Part shown: positions 25,901 through 36,499 of the stretch, piece after piece
How positions within the stretch are numbered: the stretch's first letter is position 1
Layout: every line of letters begins with the position of its first letter
NCBI GenBank assembly: GCA_024704765.1
Contig: JAKMXF010000325.1
Span: forward strand, 275,739-339,738
Source of the DNA: Oopsacas minuta
Taxonomy: Eukaryota; Animalia; Porifera
DNA length: 64,000 nucleotides
Direction of reading: 5' to 3'
Notes under the pieces: generated by a model
Databases searched by the model: none
Seen by the model: the letters and a program-made list of their open reading frames with translations, nothing else
What the model was told of the DNA's origin: nothing
Position numbers and translations under genes: made by a program

Positions 25901-28900
25901 ATGTCAAAATTTGAATTTCCATAGTCGATTGCCCTTACTAACAGTTGATACGAACTCTCTAACACATCATTTTGAAATGTATCCCAAAGGTGAATTCTTG
26001 GAGTTGGAAATATCCAAATTGGAATCTCCGTACTAGATGGCCCCTGACTAACAGTTGAAACAAATTATTAGCATCATTTTGAAATATTTGCAAAAAATTG
26101 TGTGAAAACATGATAATCTATCATATTACTATACATTCGAAAATGTTAAAATTTGAATCGCCATACAGCTGATAATCGATTACCGCTAACTATATGATTA
26201 ATCACTAAAAAGGTGTAAAAAATATCTCATCCAAATAAGCAAGGGATATACTTATGGAGTAAGGTAAACATATGTCACTACTCCCACAAGAACCCTGAAT
26301 ATTCTGGACAAAATTACATGTAAATCAGGGAAGTTTACGAATAATATAATTAGATTTCAAATTAAGCGAACTGAATATAATACAAGAACTAAGGGAATAT
26401 TCAAATTCTATTGTCATGTGACCAGAATTTGTTCGCAATGACAGAACCTGAATGCAGTACAGTGTTATTCTCAATTATTCCACTCCAATTACGGGAAATC
26501 ACACCATTTACTATACGAATTACGAATTACGAATTACGAATTGTAAAATATAGACAAGTAATCACAAATTGAAAATGGATTCTATGTAATTATAACTTTA
26601 CCATAACATTCAACATTGAGTAGATAATTACATAATTTATAATAAGAATTCGAAATTTGGAATTAATTCGTAATACAAGTTATAGGTGCAAATTCTGGAC
26701 GAATCAACATTTGGCTGGTAACTTTGGGTGTATGTTAGTTAGGGTAGCTAGTCGAGAGGGGATCGATCCAATTAAATACGCAGTATGATCGAGATCGGAT
26801 CGATAATAGAACTTGATCCTATTCAAACAATTACAGGTATAATGGTATTAGCTATTAGGACCAGTTAAAACATACTTGGTACCATTCTACTATTTGAAAT
26901 AAAGTGCTGTCCATGTATGAAAGTATAGATATTATAACTAATTGTGTCAAAAGGTCAAACCGTAGTAGTAATTCAAAATATTCAAAAGTATTCTGAGAAA
27001 ATCATCAATTAGAGGATCATAAATGGATATTAAAATTTAGACTTCGGAACAGGAAACGCAGATAATAATTTCAGCTAAGATCGGGACGAGATCTAAATCC
27101 TGCAATCGAGGATCGTCTAATGCTCTAATAATAGCAAAACACTTACAAATTCGTTCTGCTCAGAAGAGTGTAGTGAGTAATATTCTTTCAGGAAACCTCT
27201 CCCTATTCGTATCAGCTTGATTAGCACAATAGGATGTAGAGTCATGTAGGGACCTACTTCTGAACACATCTCGAATAGACTGTTACAACTCTGTAAATCT
27301 CTGATATTTGTGTATCTATAATATTAGGAGACATATAATAATCAGGTAGATATGCTAGCTGACTTGAGATCAGATTATAAGGATCCAAGATTATAAGATT
27401 AATTCCTGTGACTGGGGGATTTTGTCAATAGAAGGTAGGGTGGTTTCGTTCGAAGTAAGAACTAAATTAAATTTAATCTTCAATATATTTTCGTTGAATT
27501 TTCTTACTATTTATTTGCACCGAAATAAAGCAAGAAAAAAACGAATGAAAAACGTGTGTAAATCCCACATTCTTTACAATCTGAGCATAAAAATAAAGGA
27601 AGAAAAACCGAAACCAAAAAGTAAAACCTCAGTTTCGACTTTACTTGGAAGTCAAGAGCACTCCTAATATATTAACAATTGCTAACCTGAACACGTTCTG
27701 TTGATGTTCCAGCTCTCTACCTCTAACCAGACGCAGTGCATACTTCCTATAGAGAGGCTCTACAGAGAACTCAATTAGAGATACGAGTAGCTCTCTCACT
27801 GAAGGGAATAATACGGGGTAATGTTCTGGTAGTTTCTGAAATAATCTAGAGAGAAGAATAAGTATATTCCGTAGATAGAAATCGGAAATGTTATATACGT
27901 ATCAACAGATCATAAATTGATATCTGGAAATATTCGCAGCCTGGAAAACTATAAATGAGGTGATCAAAGTCACTGACCACAACAAATACATTTCTGGAGA
28001 GCAAAATCGAGAAATACATTTTCGATTGAGTATGATGAACTAATATAAAATATAACATGACAAAAGTACTAGTCAACTCCAGTTATAACGACTAACGAGC
28101 CTAATTAGATCTAATTTGCGATTTAAACAAGTACCGTAAACTGGGGCTACTTTGGCCCACTGGGTTTGCTTTAGCCCAAATATCAAAGTTTCATAGAAAC
28201 TAGATTAGATTCAGTATTATACTTGAAAATGACTTGCCAAAATTTTAACGAATTTTCAAATATCGGTAGACAATTTCGAAAACAAATACAATATCTATTC
28301 GACACGTCAGCAAATTTCAATATTTGGGCTAAAGCAAACCCAGTGGACCAAAGTAGCCCTAGTTTACGGTAATCATTTTCCATCCATATATGAAATCGAG
28401 GTTTGCGAGCGATCAATATAGGTAGGGTTTGGGAATTTTATCGCTGCAAATTCTATTCATTAGGAATTGATTATTTTAGTTGCGGATGCAGAAACATTCA
28501 CAAGCTGTAATAACCATTTTAGAGGTTCCACAGTATTTATTCTATATACAGGGTGGCTAGCTACCCCACCCCGGAATCAGTCCTGAGGCGTAACTCACTG
28601 ATTAGCATGCTCCCAATCTCCAATCTGTAGCATAGCATGTAGAAGACATATCTTCTGGTTAGATAGCATATAGTTACTGGATACAATAGAATTATCAGGT
28701 AGGAGGAGATCTGAGAGCTCCTTCTTGTCAGGTGTGTTCTCTAGCTGTACTGTTACTGTTGCTCTAGAGTCCTTTTTAGCATCAGACAGGATCTAAGGTA
28801 TACAAATTGGTAGATAATCCATTTGTATAATTATTGATGATACAATAATAATTAAATGGACCAAATTTTCGAATTTTCAATGCTAAATGTAGTAATAAGT

Positions 28901-31900
28901 AAGGTCTGGAAAGAATGGCATTTCTAATTGAAGCATTAAACAAATAGTGTACAGTTGGGAACATTTTTAGTGTAGTTCATATAGCTAGATGCCATAATGA
29001 CATGTGCATAGGCGATGTGCAATTTCCTTCTGCCCATCTGAACGGCCATGCGAAAATTAGGCCACTTAACACATAACCAGGGGTGTAGATTTGCTACAAT
29101 CTGGTTAGACAGCAACTACCTACATGTATCAAGGAATGTGGCTGTTTTAGCCACAAAGGCTGTTACATGTATACGAAGTATGTAAGATTGATAAATAAAA
29201 CCATATAGGATTTGAAATAATACCTTCTGAATAGCTTCCATGACCTGAGCATCAGAGGGAACGAGGTTGTTGTACAACATATTTAGAGGTAGAACATCAC
29301 TCTGTATGAGCAGAGCCAGCAACTGGAAGAATTTGGAAGGAGGCTCATTATCAAAACTGTTCTTAATAGCCAGTAACTTGAAGGTGAGCAGCTGAGAGAG
29401 AGTATCTTCTCCACTCGGATAAATCCTGATGAGGTCTACAAGAAAGTCAAAGTTCTGCGGATAGAACTCAGCAACCTCTAAGATAACATCCATAACACGG
29501 TTCGGATCAAGACTGAATTGCCCGATCAGTGCCTGCACATGAGAAAGCAGCAAGTCAGGATCTCTGGTCACTCGTGTAGAGAATTCTAACTCTACTATCA
29601 ACTTAGCATAACCCTCATTCTCCTCTCTGAATAAGTTGAACTTCTGCTGCTTGTAAAAGAGACGTGTCTTGCTGCGTACGTACTTCTGTGTGAATGCTTT
29701 AGAACTCACAACCACACCTACAGGGTAATGGAAGACATATTACAGGTAAACCTCCCCAAGCAGCACCTCCGAGATACGGCACAATCCCAGTCCACCGATT
29801 GATTTTCCGAAACAAATAGTACTTCTTGAAACTCTGAGATAGGACACCTTCGAGATGCGGCAATCATCTGATATAATGTATAAATCTTACATAACCCTAC
29901 GATTCACATTTTGTATTCTATATTATATAATTGTAGAAATTTAGGAAACTAGAGGGGTCTGTCTGAAGACTGGGGGCCACAATATCATTCATTTTATCGA
30001 TTTAAATCTTAGGTCTATATAGATCATAGACGGTAGACATATAGAATCTCATATAGAATCACTTGGACAAAACTTGCTCCTCGGTTAATTTGTTTTCAAT
30101 AACCATTAATAGTACTTATTATTGTTAACATCTGATATTTCGGCCTTAAAATTGTATATTAAACGTGTATAAGGGTAACCTCCGAGATACGGTACAAAAT
30201 TATTCTCCCTTTGATGCCGTATCAGAGGTTTACTTGTGAAATTGTAAATCTGCATTATCCATTAATACGTAATGTATTTCGTCGATCACTATCTAAAACT
30301 ATGATCTCAGATTGAGATCGTGGGCAGTGAACCGCCTTATATTTCGGAGACGGGATCGAGCCGGGATTTTAAACGTGCATAAACATACGTAATAAACAAA
30401 CGTAAACTATGATTCAACAAGTTGTGAACTATTGTTAGAGGAAATTGAAATGTGTTACCAACTACATGCGTGTCTATTCCAAACATTCATGTCAGTGAAC
30501 AGGCTTCATTTTAGTGTATGTCACGAAATCATATAGCCTACGAATCTATAGCTTATTCACAGTATTTAACCATGGATTATTTCAACTCTATTAATTTTGA
30601 ATAGTAATATTATATTTCTCGATCATATAGAATTGGTGCATTTTGGCTCAAATAAATATATTATTGATTGTTAATAATTTACACAAGACATATTATCCAA
30701 CTTTACCAATTTGACGTCATCTGTTTGGTTAAAAGGCCAATAAGTTGTTAATTAAAATGCAATTAATCTGTGTGTATGTATGTGTGTTTATACATGTTTG
30801 TATGTCCAGAGTTGATTGAAGAAACTGGAAACCCTCAGGGACTGATGGAGTATTTTGGGCATGGCTCGGCAAGTTCGAGTCTTGGACGAAAATTCACACC
30901 TATGACGAAATTATGACGTAATTGTCACCTTTTGGGATTATCGAAATTCACATTATTTGCTACTGTTCAGCCAATATACATGATATAAGTTTGAAATTTG
31001 AATCGTAAGCACCCATCAATGTGACAAATGTCCTGACGTCATTTCTTGCCAAAGATAAATCATCATGGGATTTTTATTTACAAAAAGTTATATTTAGTGT
31101 ATTGTCATCCTCAGATCACTTGATATTAATTTTGGAATCGAAGAGGCACTAGTGATAGTTTATCGCTTTAATAATGGCGCATTTTTTAACAACATATTGC
31201 CCTTTTAATCAATCAGATGACGTCATTTCGAACTGCCAATAGTTGGATGACATGGAGTTGAATATTATTAATTTTGAATAATACATTAATTCGAGCCAAA
31301 TCCACTGATTTTGTTTTATCGATAAAAATAAAATTGCAAGTGAAATATAATAGAGTTGAGGTAATCCTTGGTTAAGGAAATTCTAGACCGTGAGCAGGAT
31401 ATAGTTTCGTAGGTTGTAAGGTATATGTAGTATAGGGAAATTTCTGATTCCCAGAGCAGCTCCAAAAGGAATATATGCCAAAATGGCATGGACGATGTGC
31501 GCGGGTCCGTCAGCGCGGCTGTACGAATCTAGCAGCCTATTAACATGTAAATTGAGAAATTTCACGCCTTCTATGTAAAATTAAAAAGAATGCTAGAGAT
31601 TTGGTTTCAGCATAGAGTCGAAATAGGGAATATTAATAGCTCTGCATTTTGAGTTGCGAGTCGAGATATGAAAACAAAAATAGAGAGAATCCGGGCAAAA
31701 TAGGATGGGCCCCACCAGTGTATCCTACAGGATCTCAGTGAACTGACATATATTTCAGATTGGGAACTGGCTCTGACGCATATACTGTATCGATCCCTAT
31801 ATATAGTCCGTATTTTAAAGTACCAAAAATAGGCAAAGCGCATTAAATGAAGCGCTTAACTGATTAACTCCTTTAGCGGGGAAACACTGGGTTCGACAGT

Positions 31901-32995
31901 ATATAAATTAATGATCTAGTTGTATATATTGAAGAGTCTTTAAGTAACATCCCTAGTCAAAAATGTATGTCAGTAAACATCACTAATATAACGTAGGGGG
32001 GGGACACGCACATGGCAGAAGTTACTGTTCTGATCTTGTCAGAATGGTTTGTATAGAGTGTACTATGCTCCGATTTGGGAGAATTAATTTTTGCATTTAG
32101 TTTCGACACCACTTAGTTGGTTATTGATTTGGATTGACGGATATAAATATCTCTTCTGGTAATTCTATAAATATAGCTGTATAATAAAAACACCTGGCCA
32201 GTTATCCAAATAGTGTATTGAAATGCCTGCTCTTCCTAGCTCAAGCCAAGCTAGCTAGATAATCCAATCAAAATCCAATTCTCCCAAAGTCAAAACTCGA
32301 TAAAAACTATTCTGACAAGTGCAGAACTAAATATTCTGACAAAATTAGAACAGTAAATTCTAACATGTGCAGCTCCCCGAACGTAGGTTATGATGATAGA
32401 TATATTCAAGAATAATTGCCTCCCAATCTATTTCCAGGGTGTCCCTGGTTAGATTACCGATTATTGAGTGCCTAATTATAGACTGGACAGAATAGATATA
32501 AATTTGGAATTGACGGCAATGAAAAAACAATGGATATTGTACATAGACCGAGAACTTACCTAACTGTTCCAGAGTATCAAAGTCAAATCTCTCCTTCAAT
32601 AAAGTCTCAGACATCAACTTCCTGTCTATCAGTTCCTTCACCAGTCTGCAGAACATCTCCTTCTTAGGCTTGCTGTCCTTGCTAACACAGGTAACCTCTG
32701 CATCCAGTACACACAAGATATCCGCCAAACAAGACTGTAGCAGCTCTCTGTCAATTCCTATGTCTTTCTGCTTGTACAGAGTCAGTAGGAAGTTGATGAC
32801 GTCATCCTGCTTCAACTTACCATTAGGAATCTGTTGACAGAGGAAGTATAGAATTGAGCGGAATTGAGAGGAAGTTCCTTTCTCCTTGTTCGTCCCCTTC
32901 CAGTGAGTCTTTGCTAGAGCTAAGAGTTTGTTGCGTCCCTCACTGCCCCAAGTTGTGATTATCTGCTCAGTGAGTACAAACTCGGTAGAAGTCAT
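3834..32995 (-). CDS. THOC2: THO complex subunit 2, 14 coding exons, 3951 nt / 1316 aa
   Basis: Exons (minus strand): 32995-32560, 29717-29224, 28792-28599, 27845-27687, 27315-27147, 25163-25033, 17594-17176, 16720-16447, 16119-15834, 14763-14557, 10667-10209, 7655-7431, 7050-6848, 4128-3834. All are GT-AG and the phases are mutually consistent. Hallmark motifs: [62 protein letters not shown]. Confidence 0.93.
4381..4523. repeat. AT-rich minisatellite (ATGTATATTTATTTATTG, 18-bp unit x4, plus degenerate 14-bp units)
   Basis: Units start at 4447, 4465, 4483 and 4501. Confidence 0.9.
4528..4887. mobile_element. Tc1/mariner-pogo-type MITE, degenerate
   Basis: Starts CAGTCAAACTTGTCTATAACGGCCAC and ends GTGGCTGTTAG-GTTTGACAG, an imperfect TIR. 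Contains internal GTGGCCGCTAT-like repeats. Confidence 0.55.
4890..5473 (+). mobile_element. Helitron/Helentron-like non-autonomous repeat, family A
   Basis: The core GAGTCTTGGACGAAAATTCACACCTATGACGAAATTATGACG recurs at ~15170-15677, ~30770-31090, ~37530-37720 (rev), ~43860-44100 and ~44125-44710 (rev). The 3' end is ...CAAGCGAAGCCCG-CTAG-T. Confidence 0.6.
6848..7050 (-). CDS. THOC2: THOC2 exon 13 (not in ORF track)
   Basis: [38 protein letters not shown]..., ending at donor AG|GTAATA. Confidence 0.88.
7431..7655 (-). CDS. THOC2: THOC2 exon 12
   Basis: RECSNTPGF...[19 protein letters not shown]...[17 protein letters not shown], ending at donor AAG|GTAATC. Confidence 0.92.
9620..10127. mobile_element. 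hAT-type MITE, 508 bp
   Basis: TIR CAGGGCCGACGACAG / CTGTCGCCGGCCCTG, with a perfect 8-bp TSD GTCCCAAA at 9612-9619 and 10128-10135. Confidence 0.9.
10209..10667 (-). CDS. THOC2: THOC2 exon 11 (Tho2 C-terminal domain)
   Basis: ...[13 protein letters not shown]...[33 protein letters not shown]..., ending at donor GAA|GTATGT. Confidence 0.93.
11430..12260. mobile_element. DINE-1/Helentron-like repeat, family B, with ~130-bp internal tandem units
   Basis: The terminal block TTTTAGTGCAGCTCCTATAGGG...ATGGACGATGTGCG + (GTCC)-like microsatellite also occurs at ~25640-25800 (rev), ~31480, ~45420 and ~45960. The repeated unit contains TTTGAAATATTTGCAAAAGGTGTGAA..ATGATTAAT..ATGATA. Confidence 0.5.
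12905..13037 (+). mobile_element. Helitron-like 3' end (hairpin + CTAG), family C; second copy at ~45205-45323
   Basis: Both copies have GCCATTTTGGGT.GGCAT..CCCACC...AAAAAGTATAGGGCGGGTGGGCATGA.GTCATCTTT.CCCACC.TGACTCATGAGC-CTAG-T. Confidence 0.55.
13740..13890 (+). mobile_element. Helitron-like 3' end
   Basis: Hairpin GAGATCC-acgcggtggac-GGATCTC immediately followed by AG-CTAG-T. Confidence 0.6.
14557..14763 (-). CDS. THOC2: THOC2 exon 10 (not in ORF track)
   Basis: ...[36 protein letters not shown]..., ending at donor AAT|GTAAAT. Confidence 0.88.
15170..15677 (+). mobile_element. Family A copy
   Basis: Colinear with 4990-5473 and ends GCAAGCGAAGCGGA-CTAG-T. Confidence 0.6.
15834..16119 (-). 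CDS. THOC2: THOC2 exon 9
   Basis: ...[17 protein letters not shown]...DAAFYL..., ending at donor AAA|GTAAGT. Confidence 0.92.
16447..16720 (-). CDS. THOC2: THOC2 exon 8
   Basis: [29 protein letters not shown]...[11 protein letters not shown], ending at donor AG|GTATGC. Confidence 0.93.
17176..17594 (-). CDS. THOC2: THOC2 exon 7
   Basis: YSIYGAWKN...[21 protein letters not shown]...[10 protein letters not shown], ending at donor G|GTAAGT. Confidence 0.93.
19394..19429. repeat. (AAT)12 microsatellite
   Basis: Read directly from the sequence. Confidence 0.95.
19877..19942. repeat. (AAT)22 microsatellite
   Basis: Read directly from the sequence. Confidence 0.95.
20382..21722 (+). CDS. MFS sugar porter (SLC2A8/GLUT8/Tret1-like), intronless, 446 aa, nested antisense in THOC2 intron 6
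   Basis: Uninterrupted ORF with first ATG at 20382 and about 12 hydrophobic segments. Motifs: [41 protein letters not shown]. Confidence 0.88.
   Translation: MQQSFLKHIRVFHACMITTIGFLSLMYIESYTSPIQDDILERGILTINTYPLFVSAINIGGLIGSLIAGPISEWLGTKTSLIVFSQLGTIGGILLVWANDGVSMTFARGIIGVYSSFSLTCVPLYNIEVASKSSWKFYGGIQAMSIRMGVFLSYSLGIWLPYRWLAFVYLVMVVFMNLNLVFLPESPRWLRKKGWNEKAEKAREYFFDVTKENTALVPDDKPEEPDSAKDDNSPKLRISQKIRSYLVWPVIRPLLVSCTMASFKTFSSNEYLFTYAAHTLAEAVSINSRVAAVFYPISLVITAIIFLLIIHKVNWKKLLILATFIQAIANVLLSATFYFSVEMLRCTHETGSTICDVLLFAPMPLIMLYGFAYTIGLGSIYWWLYGKILHHHYIKISAGIVVFTYFASCILNQLIAPLIVEYLGAFVIFLIYAVLCFISIPIQCKY
22405..22897. mobile_element. pogo/Tigger-type MITE, 493 bp
   Basis: Perfect 24-bp TIR CAGTAAACATTGGATTTAACGACA / TGTCGTTAAATCCAATGTTTACTG, with TA on both sides. 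Confidence 0.92.
23362..24671 (-). mobile_element. mariner (DD34D) DNA transposon, full length 1310 bp
   Basis: 28-bp TIRs (CCAGGTTGTCCAAAAAGTTCGCGGAATT vs reverse complement CTAGGTTGTCCAAAAAATTCGCGAAATT), a TA TSD and an internal transposase. Confidence 0.93.
23429..24489 (-). pseudogene. mariner transposase with one frameshift (~24285) and one premature TGA (23621-23623)
   Basis: [10 protein letters not shown]...RPGRPK, frameshift, then WVPKLL, GDETW, HDNAPAH-(34 aa)[10 protein letters not shown], then [14 protein letters not shown]...[13 protein letters not shown]. Confidence 0.92.
24913..25009. mobile_element. 97-bp MITE (pogo-like)
   Basis: TIR CCGTATTTCCTTGAAT / ATTCAAGGAAATACGG, flanked by TA. 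Confidence 0.85.
25033..25163 (-). CDS. THOC2: THOC2 exon 6 (not in ORF track)
   Basis: [44 protein letters not shown], ending at donor AG|GTATGA. Confidence 0.9.
25330..26220. mobile_element. Family B copy flanked by ~130-bp degenerate tandem units
   Basis: CGCGGACGGACGGACG...CATCGTCCATGCCATTAGG...GGAGTTGCACTAAAA, with AAAGGTGTGAAAATATGATTAATCATATGATA-type units on both sides. Confidence 0.5.
27147..27315 (-). CDS. THOC2: THOC2 exon 5 (not in ORF track)
   Basis: ...[33 protein letters not shown]..., ending at donor TTT|GTAAGT. Confidence 0.88.
27687..27845 (-). CDS. THOC2: THOC2 exon 4 (not in ORF track)
   Basis: Acceptor ttctctctag|, then [10 protein letters not shown]...SVEPLYRK..., ending at donor AG|GTTAGC. 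Confidence 0.85.
28134..28369. mobile_element. 236-bp MITE with ~50-bp TIRs
   Basis: CCGTAAACTGGGGCTACTTTGGCCCACTGGGTTTGCTTTAGCCCAAATAT and its inverse, with TA flanks. A second copy lies at 42206-42399. Confidence 0.9.
28599..28792 (-). CDS. THOC2: THOC2 exon 3 (not in ORF track)
   Basis: [10 protein letters not shown]...[20 protein letters not shown], ending at donor CA|GTGAGT. Matches the conserved THOC2 NQKLGLL..LL.IGDW.HA motif. Confidence 0.9.
29224..29717 (-). CDS. THOC2: THOC2 exon 2
   Basis: Acceptor ccctgtag|, then [28 protein letters not shown]...VMEAIQK, ending at donor AAG|GTATTA. Confidence 0.92.
29743..30236. mobile_element. Tigger-like MITE, degenerate
   Basis: Starts ta-CAGGTAAACCTC and ends GAGGTTTACTTG. 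Internal repeat CCTCCGAGATACGG. Confidence 0.6.
30770..31090 (+). mobile_element. Family A copy (5' part)
   Basis: A TATG-rich start, then GTTGATTGAAGAAACTGGAAACCC...CTTGGACGAAAATTCACACCTATGACG. Confidence 0.6.
32560..32995 (-). CDS. THOC2: THOC2 exon 1
   Basis: [11 protein letters not shown]...[15 protein letters not shown], ending at donor G|GTAAGT. Lies within ORF 32360-33061. Confidence 0.85.
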
Positions 32996-34073
32996 GCTAG
33001 TGAATAACAGATGGTAGGAGTGATGGGGGGGAATAAGAAGCTGCAGCCGAGTAGCATACACATAATATTCTAAGCTAATGTAAGGTAGGAGCTAGTCAGA
33101 GAGAGAAATAGTGAGTGATAAAAGGGTGAGGATTGATTAGGAGAAATAGTATGGCAGTACCTAAAGGAGAAGGTACTGCTGGTCAGGTTTCCTATCAGGG
33201 TCACCATATGTCCGTTTTTTCAAAGACAGACCGTTTTCTATTGCTGCTGTCCTTTTGTCCTCTATTAATGATTTCAACACTCGGATTTAGGAATTAGCAA
33301 GGATGCCACAAAAGAAATCCCCTCTTTGACTTGCAAATCAGGAGTAAAGTGCAATACTTTACAAGTAAACAATGGGAGACTATTGTATTTAGATTTTAGA
33401 GAGATGGACATGGTTCTTTCGAAAGACATTAACCATATATTGAATACTTGTACCAAGATTTGGCCCCATATATCGGTTGTGAAAAAATATCTAAATTTTC
33501 AATATTGATTTCCCATCTTTCCCTATATTTCCCGATGATTTCCTGATATTTCGATATTTTCGGGTATTTTTGACAACAGTCAACATCCGGTAACTTAAAC
33601 ATTCGTCATTAAGGCTCTCAACTCCCACGATCTCTCGTGAGACTATTTCGAGTGTAGAACCACCTCAGGATCCCTAGTATTCTCACAGAAAACTAAATTA
33701 CAAACATCTCACGATTTTGAAGGTTACCGGGTTGAGAGCAGTGCTGCCAAGCCTCCGTAAATTTGACTGCTATCTACGTATCTACGTATGAAGACTTATT
33801 TCTAAATATTTCTATCGAATTACATGGACGTGTATTACTTTTTATTAACGTCTTGTACGAGATGTACGAGTTATTTCTCAAAGTATGTACTACCATAGAA
33901 AATAATACTTTGATAGTTTGTTGTATGCTGATGGTGATTATAGCTTATTGTTTACAAACGCAAAAGCGTCCAAATATCTACATTTATTAATGATTATAAA
34001 TAAAAGTTGTTAGCTAATGGCATTTGTAAAAGCAAATTAAGGCCTGTTGAGGGTCATTAAGCACTTAGTAAAT

Positions 34074-34880
34074 AGTCCAGCTGCAAAGCTTAAAATTGTT
34101 CATTTTTTTGAAGAAAGTGCCATTGTTACTCCAGATGTAGCGTATGGCATCTTAATTGGATAGGAAGGAGAACCCACTCTGGATCTTCCCGATTTCTGGA
34201 AAATCGTCTCCCAAGGTCCATCTGTCCGAACACTGAGGAAGATCAAAAAACTGTATGACTTTCTCAAATGATTTCTAATCAGTATGTATTGTAAAAGGTG
34301 CTATTCTGGCAAGATGGCATAAAGTACTAGAATTTAGCTTTTTTGACACTCGATCCATCAAATCGTTTGAGAAATATTCACCCGAAAAGTTGTCGTACAG
34401 GTCAAATAAGCGAAAGTATAGTACATGATGCTGTCTTTCTAGAAAAACACCTTCCCCAATAAAAAAACTGATTAGAAATCATTTGAGAAAGTTTTACAGA
34501 TTTTTAATCTTCCCACAGTGTTCGGACAGATGGACCTTGGGGACAAATTATCTCGAAATAGGGAAGATCCAGAGTGGGTCCCCTTCAGGGTTCCTTCTAA
34601 CTTTCTGGGGGCAGCACATCTGACGGAGGTGTCGTCAAAATTCCGGGGGGTACAACCAAAATCCGGGTGTACTGGCAAAAATGTGATAATTCAAGCAAAT
34701 ATCCTGGGAATCGAGCATTTTTCAGGGAAAATTCTGGGCGAATACCCCCTAGATTCCTTAGAGTGAACACAGGTCCCCCTTCCTATCGAATTAAGATATC
34801 ATACGCTATATCTGGACCAAAAATGGCACTTTCTTCAAAAAATGAACAATTCATCTAATATTAGTCTTAACAGCTGGACT
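34074..34880. mobile_element. Foldback-like element with ~200-bp inverted arms, right arm interrupted
   Basis: 34074-34175 is the inverse of 34772-34880, and 34165-34280 is the inverse of 34475-34586. The intervening 34587-34771 is bracketed by GGTCCCC(C)TTC. Confidence 0.7.
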
Positions 34881-35426
34881 AAAATGGCTTGAGATGGATG
34901 TAAGCCCATTTTCAAAATTTGTAACTTCGCCAAGAATTAGATATTGAAAATATTTTCAATTAATTGTATGATAAAAATAGGTATGTTAAAATCTCTTGTA
35001 GTCCGATCTATGTTTGTAAACATAATTTACGTATTGTGAGAGGTGCCGGATATGGAAATTCCAGCTTTTATATCAACGACGGGTGGCGAATTGGCGATCT
35101 AAGAAAATAGTTAAGAAGTTCTGATATAAAATAGAGTACAACTAGGATAAGACCTACTCTTGAGGAAACAAAAATTAGTAGGTGCTGGTCGAAGTAGGTA
35201 AGTCTCTCCGAATATTCTTCCCATGCAATTAGAACAAGAATAGAAAAACAGTATTGGAGAAAAGTACGTAATAAGCTAAAGTATTAAGCCGAGCACATGT
35301 ACGTACTAACCGAATTCCACCGTATTTCGATCTGAATTAGATAACACTAGCTATTTCTCCACATAATAACCACAATATTATAATCTATAAACTATCTGAA
35401 TAAGCCTAGGAAACTATCTACAGCTT

Positions 35427-35867
35427 CTAAGAGGTATCCATCACATCTTTCTGTGAGATTTTCCCCTTCTCCTTCCCTGCCTTCTTAGCAGAAGATTTCC
35501 TCTCAATAATACGTTTCCTATCCTCAGTCATTTTCAATTTGGTTATTATAACGTTAGAAGGATGTATACCTACTTTCGCAGTGATACCGTTAGCTCTGTC
35601 TCTCTGTATCTTGTCAATGTGTATCACCCATCGTTTCCGGTAGACGGCTATCACCTTGGAGCCCTGTGCGCCGCCCTTGTTGGTACCTCTCACAACTGTA
35701 ACTTCATCGTCTTTACGTATAGGCATAGCACGGATACTGTGTTTCTGTCGTAGCTCTTTGGAGAGGGGGGCACTCATCATTTTACGACGGATATGTGAGC
35801 TAGACCCGAAGTGAGCCTTACGACATTTCCTCCGAGAAGTTGTAGCTTTTGACCTTTTGTTCGTCAT
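35427..35867 (-). CDS. RPL26: 60S ribosomal protein L26 (uL24), intronless
   Basis: [19 protein letters not shown]...[13 protein letters not shown]...[10 protein letters not shown]...ANG...VGIHPSNV. Confidence 0.96.
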   Translation of the reverse strand: MTNKRSKATTSRRKCRKAHFGSSSHIRRKMMSAPLSKELRQKHSIRAMPIRKDDEVTVVRGTNKGGAQGSKVIAVYRKRWVIHIDKIQRDRANGITAKVGIHPSNVIITKLKMTEDRKRIIERKSSAKKAGKEKGKISQKDVMDTS

Positions 35868-36499
35868 TTCGAGGATAGAGAAATGTTAAATTTACTAACA
35901 GAAATATTAATATTATCAGTAATATGAGATAGTTGTAGACTCGCTGAACTTGTACGTTATAGGGAATAAGGAGAATTTAAGGATTTGATATAATCAATAT
36001 ACGTATTGATATTTTGGAATTATGCAGTATTATAGAAAACCTGCAAGGAAATTTTCTGCTGGCCAAATTAGGTTCCGAAAAGATACTTTAGAAATAGAGC
36101 TAATCCATAAAAACAGGGAAAACTCCAAAATGAATAATGATACACTAGGACAACAGTTTTTCATCTAGACATCAAACTATATCCTTAGTTAGAAAATTTT
36201 AAAAGCAAATAATTCATTCAGTTCTAGTCGGGGTTGTATTCGCCTATATATAGTATAGATATGAAGATAGTTAGGATAGGAGAACCGTGTTCCAGAATAT
36301 GGTTATTAATGAAGATGCTCTTATAACCGGTGTATTCTTATTGCGTTACCAACAAGTATTAACATTATTTGTATATTATGATTTATATCAAACAACCGTA
36401 TTTCTCATATTTTGAGTATTTTTTTGACTGATTTCGAATTTTCACAGCTAGGTAAAGACTAAACCTTGCAAACAGAATTATCAAAAATAAAAACTCTAC

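Noticed and set aside
29120-29159. Possible 40-nt THOC2 mini-exon (cag|CCTTTG...TGTAG|gtagtt)
   Set aside because: It would shift the frame. Exon 2 joins exon 3 directly in phase 0 and restores the conserved alignment, and the donor is weak. A poison-exon role cannot be excluded, but there is no support for it.
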